Positions 31,941 through 40,459 of a stretch of 45,582 bases of DNA are shown piece after piece. A program made the position numbers and the translations under genes. How positions within the stretch are numbered: position 1 is the first letter of the stretch; each line of letters opens with the position of its first letter. Source of the stretch: a virus; IMG/VR virus record IMGVR_UViG_3300017991_000164; one strand, written 5' to 3'. Under the pieces are notes generated by a model. It searched no databases, was not told the origin of the DNA, and saw only the letters and a program-made list of their open reading frames with translations.

Positions 31941-32224
31941 CGGATAAGGATGTGTCGACGGTGCCCACAGATAAGCTTCCGTGTGGACGAGCCATCGGCG
32001 CCATCAAGGCCCTCCGCGAGCGGGTGGAGGATGCGATTAAATGCTGTGAGCAGATCATCAGGCATAGTGAGCAGATGCCAGATGATGCTGACCCCTTTGA
32101 TCCTGACGAGGAATATACGTTCACCTATGAGGACGGCCTGAGAACGGTTGCACAGGTTGTGGTGGATATGTTGAGGGGGCTCGAAGCCGCTACGGCGAAG
32201 GAGCAGAGTGATGAACGGTTTTGA
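31892..32224 (+). CDS. Hypothetical protein (start uncertain: TTG 31937 or GTG 31952 more likely)
   Basis: ORF track. The annotated start would overlap the upstream gene by 49 nt. Confidence 0.45.
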   Translation: MGSRASPRRLRERRFLTDKDVSTVPTDKLPCGRAIGAIKALRERVEDAIKCCEQIIRHSEQMPDDADPFDPDEEYTFTYEDGLRTVAQVVVDMLRGLEAATAKEQSDERF

Positions 32225-32528
32225 CGCGACTTATTGCTCAGCTAGCAACATCCCGCCGGTGACGCTTGACAACTTGCGAGACACGCTGCGCCAACTCCCG
32301 CGCATCCACCACGACCGGATCATTTGCTCCTATCTGATCCATAGAAGACTGGCGAAGGTCGCTGTACGGACAATGATGCCAGGTCACTTGTACGGGCTGC
32401 CAATCTACGCATATCCATCAGAGATACGCGCGTTCATCGAGTACCGTGAGTCGAGGGCGCGTGGTGAGCGACCGATGTTTGTGCCGGACGGATCTTCAAT
32501 CGGAAAGGAGCAGAGTGATGCCAAGTGA
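32211..32528 (+). CDS. Hypothetical protein, 105 aa
   Basis: ORF 32208..32528. The ATG at 32211 is preceded by AAGGAGCAGAGTG. Confidence 0.55.
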   Translation: MNGFDATYCSASNIPPVTLDNLRDTLRQLPRIHHDRIICSYLIHRRLAKVAVRTMMPGHLYGLPIYAYPSEIRAFIEYRESRARGERPMFVPDGSSIGKEQSDAK

Positions 32529-32904
32529 TGAGCACAGACATGCTGAGATCAAGACGACGAAAGGGCGGCGAGATGAGGAGATGCGGCGAGCGGCCGAGAT
32601 GCTGGCCGATGCTGGATTCTATGACGACCCTGCGAACAACCTCGACCTCGCGGCGATGAAGGCCCAACAAGCGAAAGACGCCGAACTCGCCGCCCTCCGC
32701 AAGCGGGTGGAGGAGTTGGAGGCTGAACGCGACGAGGCACGTCGTCGCTGTTACTACGCGGCAGATGGTTCGCAATACGGCGTGGTGCTGACATGCCGCA
32801 ACTGTGGGCAGCAACATCGTGTATCGTTCTCCGACTACGCATCAGGTAAATATGATATGCCGTGGGTACGACACGAAGCCGCTGAGGCGGAAGGAGCAGA
32901 ATGA
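32518..32904 (+). CDS. Hypothetical protein with coiled coil and CxxC, 128 aa
   Basis: ORF 32446..32904. The ATG at 32518 is preceded by the same AAGGAGCAGAGTG block. Confidence 0.55.
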   Translation: MPSDEHRHAEIKTTKGRRDEEMRRAAEMLADAGFYDDPANNLDLAAMKAQQAKDAELAALRKRVEELEAERDEARRRCYYAADGSQYGVVLTCRNCGQQHRVSFSDYASGKYDMPWVRHEAAEAEGAE

Positions 32905-35183
32905 GATCCGTCAAACCCATTGGTCCAACCAACTCCCCCCCTCTCGCCCTCGTGGGTGAGGCCCCAGGACGTGAGGAGGACCTTCGTGGAATCCCCTTCG
33001 TGGGAAAGTCAGGCTTTCTCCTTGACCAAATGCTCTCCAAGATCGGCGTTGGACGAAATGGCTGTTACATCACGAATGTCGCAAACGTCCGTCCTCCAAA
33101 TAACGACTTCAACTTCTTTCTCAAGGAGGGAAACGAGCGGATGCTCGCAGATTTTCGCCTTCGACTGTGGAAGGAGATTGAAGAGGTAAAGCCGAAGGTC
33201 ATCGTAGCCCTCGGAGAACAGGCAATGGTGTCCCTTATCCAGAAGAAGGGCATCACCAAGTATAGGGGAATGATGTATGAGCGTGATCATCGGCAAGATT
33301 ACAAACTACGCGTTATCCCAACGTTTCACCCTGCGTACGTCCAGAGGATCTATTCGACTCGGCCCATCGTTGAGATGGATCTCGCTAAGGCGTACAGGCA
33401 AGCCTTATCCCCATCGACGCCACGGGTGGATTTCTTCACCTTCCCATCACTTGATGGGATACTTTGCTGGCTGGCAGAAAGACACTCCCCTGTGTCCGTG
33501 GACCTTGAGACTCTCGGTTCGAAGCTTCACACTCGTTGCATTGGACTAGCTTGGAGCGAGACTGAGGCAATCTCAATCCCCTTGATCCGAGGCGGCAACC
33601 ATTGCTGGACCGAAGAAGAGGAGTTTGAGATTCTCTCAGCCCTCCGGGAGTATCTTGAAGACCCTAGTGTGGAGAAGTATTTCCAGAATGCTCCCTTCGA
33701 CACTACAGTTTTGGCGCGAGAGTTTGGCGTCAATGTGTCTAATGTCAAACTCGACACTATGTTTGGGCACCATCTACTCTACTCAGAGCTACCTAAGTCG
33801 CTCGACTTTCTCACCTCGATCCATACCGATTTCCCGATGTACTGGGAAGAGACTGGAAGCGACCAAAACAATGCTACCTACAACTGCTATGACTGCTGTG
33901 TAACGTGGATGGTCGCACAACGGGTAGAGGCTGAGCTCAAGGAACGAGATATGTGGGACTTTTACCAGGAGGTAATCCACCCTGCAGTCTTCGCCCTTAC
34001 CCGAATGCAAAACCGAGGAGTCCTGATCGACATTGAGGCACGAGAGAGGGTACGGAGAGAGACTGAGGAGAAGATGCTCGGCCATCGAGAATGGCTCTCC
34101 GAAGCTGTGGGTAAGGACTTCAATCCAGGCTCTCCCAAGCAAGTAAAAGAGCTTGTCTATGGAAAGCTCAATCTTCCACCACAAAAGGCTCCTGGGACTC
34201 GTTCAATCACCACCCGTGATGATGCTCTCCAAGCCCTCAGTCGAAAGTTTCCACAGCACAAGGGACTCATTCAACACATCTTAGAACACCGTTCTCTTCG
34301 AGTCCTTTTATCGACCTATATAAACGCAGAGCTCACAGATGATCATCGATCAAAGACGTCGTATAATCTGGCTGGAACTGTCACCGGAAGAATATCGTCT
34401 AGTAAGACGATTGACGGATACGGGGGAAACCTACAGAATATCCCTCGTGGAGACTTCCGTCGAATTTTCCGAGCGGACCCAGGGAAAGTCATCATCAAAG
34501 CAGACCTCGAACAGGCCGAGTTTAGGTGTTTCTGCTGGTTTGCTCCTGTGCCCAGCCTCATTGAAACCTACACGCTGGACAGCCGATACGATATTCACCG
34601 CCTCAACGCGTCGATGATTTACAATATCCCAGAAGACAAGATCACAAAGACCCAACGCTCAACAGCGAAGAATGGAGTCTACGCGGGCAACTATGGGGCT
34701 GGTCCGTTGAAGATGTCTCGCCTCTACGACATGGATTTCAAACAGGCAAAGATGATCTTGGAGCGGTGGAAGAGGGTACGACCAGAGCTTTTGAGATGGC
34801 AAGAAAGGATCAGGGATGAACTCCGAGCAACAAGAAAACTACGTAATCCCTTCGGACGGGAGCGAATCTTCTTTGGTCGTATGGACGACGCTACCTTCCG
34901 AGCTGCTTACAGCCACACCTGTCAGTCTACCGTCGCGGATATCATTCTCGAAGCTATTGTAACCCTCGACCAACAAGGAGTTGAGATCCTCCTCCAAGTC
35001 CACGACGAGCTAGTGTGTCAGTGTCCCGAAGAAGAGGTGGAGGAGACCGTGGAGAAAATGAGAAATGCAATGGAGATACCCATTCAAGTACCTGGGGTGG
35101 AACAACCCCTTGTAATCCCAGTGGAAATCTCCGTTGGACCAAACTGGTACGACGTAAAGCCTTGGGGCCAAGATGCCTCCTGA
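32901..35183 (+). CDS. Family A DNA polymerase with N-terminal UDG (family 4/SPO1-type)-like domain, 760 aa
   Basis: UDG-like LVGEAPGREEDLRGIPFVGKSGFLLDQML ... FHPAY. A central 3'-5' exonuclease-like region. Pol A motif A ADLEQAEFR, motif B RSTAKNGVYAGNYGAG and motif C LQVHDELV. Confidence 0.92.
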   Translation: MRSVKPIGPTNSPPLALVGEAPGREEDLRGIPFVGKSGFLLDQMLSKIGVGRNGCYITNVANVRPPNNDFNFFLKEGNERMLADFRLRLWKEIEEVKPKVIVALGEQAMVSLIQKKGITKYRGMMYERDHRQDYKLRVIPTFHPAYVQRIYSTRPIVEMDLAKAYRQALSPSTPRVDFFTFPSLDGILCWLAERHSPVSVDLETLGSKLHTRCIGLAWSETEAISIPLIRGGNHCWTEEEEFEILSALREYLEDPSVEKYFQNAPFDTTVLAREFGVNVSNVKLDTMFGHHLLYSELPKSLDFLTSIHTDFPMYWEETGSDQNNATYNCYDCCVTWMVAQRVEAELKERDMWDFYQEVIHPAVFALTRMQNRGVLIDIEARERVRRETEEKMLGHREWLSEAVGKDFNPGSPKQVKELVYGKLNLPPQKAPGTRSITTRDDALQALSRKFPQHKGLIQHILEHRSLRVLLSTYINAELTDDHRSKTSYNLAGTVTGRISSSKTIDGYGGNLQNIPRGDFRRIFRADPGKVIIKADLEQAEFRCFCWFAPVPSLIETYTLDSRYDIHRLNASMIYNIPEDKITKTQRSTAKNGVYAGNYGAGPLKMSRLYDMDFKQAKMILERWKRVRPELLRWQERIRDELRATRKLRNPFGRERIFFGRMDDATFRAAYSHTCQSTVADIILEAIVTLDQQGVEILLQVHDELVCQCPEEEVEETVEKMRNAMEIPIQVPGVEQPLVIPVEISVGPNWYDVKPWGQDAS

Positions 35184-36369
35184 GATTGAATCAAACTTCC
35201 TCTCGAAGTTTACAAGCCTCTTCGAGAACACCGAGGTTCCTGAACGCTTCGCCATGTGGAGTGGTATCGCCTGCGTCGCCGCTATGCTTGAACGGCGAAT
35301 CTGGATTGACATGAGCATCTTCACGATCTACCCAAACATGTTTATCGTGTTTGTGGCAGACTCAGGAAGGATGCGAAAGGGAGCTGCGATCATAATGACG
35401 CAGAAGCTCCTCTCGAGGGTTGATCCAGGGCCAAGGATCGTCGCACAAAAGTGTACCCCCGAAGCCCTCATTGATGCCCTTCGTATCATTCGTTCCGATG
35501 AACAAGACAAGTTGCTAAAGGAGAGCTGTGGTGGGATTGTCATCGCGGAAGAACTCGTGTCGTTCCTTAATAAAGACACCTATGAGCGTGGACTTGGAAC
35601 TCTCCTTATTGAGCTGTGGAACTGTGCCGATAAATTCGAGTATCGAACTCGAAATCGACCCGTCGAGGAGCTCCACTACAGCCACCTCACCCTTCTCGGA
35701 GCCACAACCGTCCACAATCTTCGTGGGGCGATACCAATTCAAGCTATGGGTGACGGATTTACTTCCAGAGTCTTGTTTGTGTATGTTGATCAAATGCCAA
35801 CCCCCGTACCACGACCCCGACAAAGTGCCGCCTTTCGTCGTACTCAGGAGGAGCTAATCCGACATCTCCAATCCCTCTCCTCCCTCCAGGGCGAGGTTAC
35901 CTTCACGCCTGATGCTGAGAGATTCTTCGACGAGGAATATGAGGAATACTTCTACGAGAGTACAAAGATGGACCCACAGTTCCATGCTTATGCCTCTCGT
36001 CGAGACAAGCATCTCTTGAAGGTTGCGATGTGCTTAATGGCAGCCGAAGGGAGTGGAAACCTTTTCCTTGATGTCCACCACCTTCAAGGAGCAAAGGTTG
36101 CACTGGAAGACCTTGAGGCCGAACTCCCAACAGTCTTCAATCGCATCATTATGACTGAGACTGGCTCGATGACGGATCGAGTGTTGAGGACGATCCAGGC
36201 CGCACCTGAAGGGGCAATTACAAGGTCAGAACTCCAAAGGCGTTTCTCACACCAGATGAATGCATTTGAGCTTGGGAAGATCATCCAAACCCTCACTCAG
36301 TCGAGACAGATTCGGTTGGATACGATAGGAGGGGAGCTCATGTATAAGGCCATCAAGGGGCCTTCTTAG
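35173..36369 (+). CDS. DUF3987-like protein (putative replication helicase/primase-associated), 398 aa
   Basis: Pattern FVADSGRMRKGAA ... TPEALIDAL ... IVIAEELVSFL ... LLIELWNC..FEYRTRN...LTLLGATT recalls DUF3987/VirE-type proteins, from memory only. It lies directly after the polymerase. Confidence 0.45.
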   Translation: MPPEIESNFLSKFTSLFENTEVPERFAMWSGIACVAAMLERRIWIDMSIFTIYPNMFIVFVADSGRMRKGAAIIMTQKLLSRVDPGPRIVAQKCTPEALIDALRIIRSDEQDKLLKESCGGIVIAEELVSFLNKDTYERGLGTLLIELWNCADKFEYRTRNRPVEELHYSHLTLLGATTVHNLRGAIPIQAMGDGFTSRVLFVYVDQMPTPVPRPRQSAAFRRTQEELIRHLQSLSSLQGEVTFTPDAERFFDEEYEEYFYESTKMDPQFHAYASRRDKHLLKVAMCLMAAEGSGNLFLDVHHLQGAKVALEDLEAELPTVFNRIIMTETGSMTDRVLRTIQAAPEGAITRSELQRRFSHQMNAFELGKIIQTLTQSRQIRLDTIGGELMYKAIKGPS

Positions 36370-39300
36370 ACGACCAAGCCTTTCGGATGGCCATCCCAAG
36401 AGCTTTCTGGTACCGAGATTTCCAGAGATTATCGAATCGAAGAGCCTCTCGACGTTGCTCTGGAGTGAATCCTTTCATAAAAGCTGCTTCGTCTTCCTCC
36501 GCAAGTCTCCCAAGGGGAGATCGTTGACGCATTGAAGCCTCAATACGTTCAATAATGTCAACCCTCTCTTTACCCTTTTTGTTCTTGATAAGAGCCGCAA
36601 GGTGGTTTGAGGCATCATCAACATCCCCCAGCGTAATCTGTCTTGCCGCGAGATCAAAAGTAAGGGTATTGGCACTAACCTCGTGCTCGCTCTTGAAGCC
36701 CGTGAGGACATTGGTCACGAAAGCATCGACTCGACCCTCTGTTCCCTTTCCGTTTTTCTCCCTCCAATCAAAAACTCTCTCCCTCCACCTTGTGTAGTTC
36801 TGAACTTGATTCCTCTCAGGATCGAGAGATTTATCAATCGTACTAATTGCAGCCTCAAACTGCCTCGTCGCCACGAACTCCTGTTTGAGGGACTCAAAGG
36901 CTGCTTTGTGGATCTGAGATGGACGGTTAGCTGTGTGGACACCGAAGGATGCGAAGTTTTCGAAGGTGGAACCGACTGGACCGACGATGAACTCAGTCAC
37001 TCCATATGTGAGGTCTGCGACAATTCCAACCCCTCCTCCATCGAAGAAGTTATACATACACCGAGCTGCAATGTCCCTTGGATTACGTCGATCCGGACGC
37101 TTCAACATCGACATCGTAATGCTCTCCTCCTTTCCAAAGAGGAGGTCTCGAAGGAGGTTGTAGATTTCTCCAACAAAGATCATCGCCCCGACAAAGCGAA
37201 TAAGGGGTGCAATATTACCGTGGAGAGCTCTCTTGTAGACGTCCTTGTAGATGTGCCCAACCTGGTCAGATCCCCAAGTCTTGAACTTGAAGGCAAGACG
37301 GAACCAGGGATTGTCGTTCCACCAGATTCGTTTTGTAGAGAGAGAGACTGGGAAAGCAAGGTCCCTAACTGCCCGGTGCATAATTGAATCAAGATCATTC
37401 TGTGAGAGGCCAGGAGAAGAGGTCGCTCGAAAGAGAATGTCTTGCGTTGAGCGTTCTGTAACCCAAGATGATTCTAGACGTCGGTAAAGTTCATCTCGAC
37501 TTTTCCATCCAAGACTTAGAAGGGACCGAATACGATTGTGAACCTTTCCGGAGGCTTCGATTTTCCCGAGTGTCGCAAGATCCTTTTGGACCTGCATCGA
37601 TTTGAGAAGGGCAAGATAAGACTGGTTTCCCCGCTCAGCCGCCTTAAACATTGCCATTGTAAAGTGGGTAAGTTTACCTGCACCCTCAGCACCCTCAGAA
37701 AGATGGGTGAGAGACCACTGGGCACCGGCACGGATCACCTGCTCTTGGATCTTCCTCCCTGACTTGAACCACTGGTTTATGATCGGAGGATATTTGAGTG
37801 TTGCTTGGACATTGGTCCAAAAGCTTGCAACAGCAAAACCTTTTGAATATCGGTCGAGACCATTTCGGAGGACTGAGAGAGGACTGAGACCGAGCTTGGT
37901 GATAGTCTCCCACTTATTGACGGCCATCAGGACATCCATCTCACGCCTTGGTGTAGTCTCCGGACGGCCAAACTCAGCCATCAAGAATGGCCTAATGACC
38001 TTGACGGCATCATCCCCTGCGGAGTGTTTGATCTGGATATCTGAAAGGTAAGAGGCCATCTTGGGAAAAGTCGTCCGAGCATAGCCCCATCTCCTCACAG
38101 CCTCCACGAATTTCCAGGCTCCCTCAATAGTATTGGGGAGGACATTATTGGGATTCCACTCAACCATCTCAAGAGGAAGCTCAACCCTCGTCTGTTCGAG
38201 ATAGGGGTTGACTCCACGGAGCCTAGCTCGATTGAAGGCTGCGAGCTTAGACATTGCAGCCTGGCGGGTTTTTGCTTGGCCTGTTTTGACAAGGTGCTCG
38301 GCCACTGTAATGAGGTCGGGGGTAGCTCCAGAAGGATTCTCTCGGAACTGATCAAGGATTCTCCTACCCTCAACGTTCAACACTTGAGGGAACGCCATCC
38401 CGGTAAAGATTGGTGTGAGGAGCTTCTTCCCAACCCTTCTCTGGCCACCTACGTTGATCCACGCTTGGAGTACTCGGTCTAGAATCTCTCTTGTCTGATC
38501 TGCAGCCTTTCGCATCCTCGCAAGAAGCTCATCACTTGCTGTGTCGTTCAGATATTCAATGGTCTCCAAACGACTGTTGACGAGCTGCATGATGAACTCA
38601 CGCTGCTTTGCTGTAAAATCACGAAGGACCTTTTTCAAGTCCTCAATGTCATTTCTGGCAGCCTTATGGCTGTCGAAGTCGATCTCTCGAATATCCTTGG
38701 CGAGACGTTGGCCTGACTCACCAAACTGTTCGATGAACGTCGCTCCTCTCAACCCATACTTCTGTCCGAGGAACTTGAGAGAGTCAAAGGCTGGGTAGAA
38801 GCCCATTTGAGCCGTTAGATAGGCTGTCTTAAGCTCTCTCGCGATGTCTTCAACCCATCCAACGTAGATGATACCCCGACGCTCGATTTTACGGTTGAGG
38901 GCTTCCCTCAAGTCTTCAGCCGTCTCAGGATCTACGGCTTCCACAATCTTATCCCTCAGAGCCTGAAGACCTTCTTGTTCGAGGACTTCGATGTCCTCAA
39001 CGGGAATCTCTAACTCCGCTGCGATCTGGTCATTGTCCATCCTTGTAGTGTACTTGAGTTGGAGGACCCTCCTCTGATCCTGAGGAAGGTCTGCCATCGC
39101 ACGGTTCAATGCTCTTAGGGCTTCTTCTTTTCCGGCAAGATCAATACCACCCTCGTCAGTCACAGCCTTCTCTGCTTTGGACGGACGAGGGGCGAAGCTA
39201 TCAGCCAAGCCTTCCTGGGCAAACTCCGTCCCGAGAGAGCTACGGACTTTTGTTGCCTGCTGCTCAAGCTCCTCGATTGGGGTCTTGATGGTCTTGCGTT

Positions 39301-40315
39301 GGATTGAGGACTTTGGTCTTCCAGCCTTTCGTGGAAGTCGAGCCCTTTCAGTCGAGAGAAGCCAGTCGAAGAAAAGATCAGCCTCAGGTGCTCTAAAGAC
39401 CTCCTTGAACTCCGCCCTCAACTCACCTTCCGTTTCAGCCTTCCCTGAGCCTGTCCAAGGCTTGGCGGGGTAGGCTTTGATGGGAAGGGTGGAGAGGAGC
39501 TTTTTGTAGAAGGCTTCTCCTTTGGTGGCGAGCTCAGGAGAGAGTTTTGAGGATTCACTAAGTGAAGGCTCAGGGGGCTTTGCCTCGGATTCAAGCCTCA
39601 GCTTACACGAAGGACACTCTTTTACCAAGGAAAGTACTCGATCCTCAACAATTCTATGGAGTTGACCTCCTGTTACAGTATACGGAGGTGAGGGATCACC
39701 AATTGGGACAACCTTGGCCTCTGTAACTCTACCACTCTTATCCCTCGCAATAGAGGCTACCTTAGCTGATGTGTCAGCGTAATAAACAAAATCCCCAACC
39801 CCCAAGTCATTTATTCGACTTCCCTTCGGTGCAACGTCCGGACCAATCTTTCCCGCAGTAGTTGGAGGAGTTAGAGCTGCCTTTGCAATCTCGATCATAA
39901 TTGGTGGAAACTTAATTTCCTTGGACTGTCTTGCCCTCTCCCACTCTGCCATTTCTCTAAAAAGGGACTCACCCAACACATACTCACGTTGCATCTCCCT
40001 CCCAGTCAGCTTAGTTCTTTGACCTTCTTGAGAAATTGTGATAGACCCCAGACGACCATCCTCTGTGAACTCCAATTCTTTTACCACTGCTGGTCTGCCA
40101 TTTCGGAGAAAGACTTCCTCCAGCCTTAGCTCGTTGATGAGTGACTTTTTCGGACCAACTCCTTTCGCTTTTGCCTCGGTGGGTGGTGCTGGAGCCGTTG
40201 GCCTCACGACCCGGACGGGCTTAGGTGGAGCCTTCTCCAGCTTCTTCTCCTCAATCGTCTTTCCCTCCATCGCCTCCACCATCGTTAACTTCACCGGCGG
40301 ACGTTCTTCCTCCAC
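36353..40315 (-). CDS. Giant internal-virion/ejection-like protein with embedded sigma region-4-like HTH, 1320 aa
   Basis: Last gene of the late operon. Its size is comparable to T7 gp16-class proteins and it is mostly helical. GTG start with a GAGGAGGAGG SD. It is in the same frame as the upstream 428-aa ORF, separated by one TAG and 48 open codons. Confidence 0.55.
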   Translation of the reverse strand: MEEERPPVKLTMVEAMEGKTIEEKKLEKAPPKPVRVVRPTAPAPPTEAKAKGVGPKKSLINELRLEEVFLRNGRPAVVKELEFTEDGRLGSITISQEGQRTKLTGREMQREYVLGESLFREMAEWERARQSKEIKFPPIMIEIAKAALTPPTTAGKIGPDVAPKGSRINDLGVGDFVYYADTSAKVASIARDKSGRVTEAKVVPIGDPSPPYTVTGGQLHRIVEDRVLSLVKECPSCKLRLESEAKPPEPSLSESSKLSPELATKGEAFYKKLLSTLPIKAYPAKPWTGSGKAETEGELRAEFKEVFRAPEADLFFDWLLSTERARLPRKAGRPKSSIQRKTIKTPIEELEQQATKVRSSLGTEFAQEGLADSFAPRPSKAEKAVTDEGGIDLAGKEEALRALNRAMADLPQDQRRVLQLKYTTRMDNDQIAAELEIPVEDIEVLEQEGLQALRDKIVEAVDPETAEDLREALNRKIERRGIIYVGWVEDIARELKTAYLTAQMGFYPAFDSLKFLGQKYGLRGATFIEQFGESGQRLAKDIREIDFDSHKAARNDIEDLKKVLRDFTAKQREFIMQLVNSRLETIEYLNDTASDELLARMRKAADQTREILDRVLQAWINVGGQRRVGKKLLTPIFTGMAFPQVLNVEGRRILDQFRENPSGATPDLITVAEHLVKTGQAKTRQAAMSKLAAFNRARLRGVNPYLEQTRVELPLEMVEWNPNNVLPNTIEGAWKFVEAVRRWGYARTTFPKMASYLSDIQIKHSAGDDAVKVIRPFLMAEFGRPETTPRREMDVLMAVNKWETITKLGLSPLSVLRNGLDRYSKGFAVASFWTNVQATLKYPPIINQWFKSGRKIQEQVIRAGAQWSLTHLSEGAEGAGKLTHFTMAMFKAAERGNQSYLALLKSMQVQKDLATLGKIEASGKVHNRIRSLLSLGWKSRDELYRRLESSWVTERSTQDILFRATSSPGLSQNDLDSIMHRAVRDLAFPVSLSTKRIWWNDNPWFRLAFKFKTWGSDQVGHIYKDVYKRALHGNIAPLIRFVGAMIFVGEIYNLLRDLLFGKEESITMSMLKRPDRRNPRDIAARCMYNFFDGGGVGIVADLTYGVTEFIVGPVGSTFENFASFGVHTANRPSQIHKAAFESLKQEFVATRQFEAAISTIDKSLDPERNQVQNYTRWRERVFDWREKNGKGTEGRVDAFVTNVLTGFKSEHEVSANTLTFDLAARQITLGDVDDASNHLAALIKNKKGKERVDIIERIEASMRQRSPLGRLAEEDEAAFMKGFTPEQRREALRFDNLWKSRYQKALGMAIRKAWSSKKAP

Positions 40316-40459
40316 CGACTCAATAACCTCCTCCTCAACCTGTGCCTCAAGAGCCTCCTTTTGCCTCTCCTTGGTCTGCTGCCTAAGAGCCTTCGATTCC
40401 TTTTTAGTGAGTCCCCCTTCCCTCGGCTTCGTCCCAAGAACCCTCGCACCTCTTTCTCG

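Noticed and set aside
36353-40315. Virion RNA polymerase (N4/crAss-type) interpretation of the 1320-aa protein
   Set aside because: No DxDGD two-barrel motif and no T7-like RNAP motifs were found on reading the sequence. Only a region-4-like HTH is recognisable.
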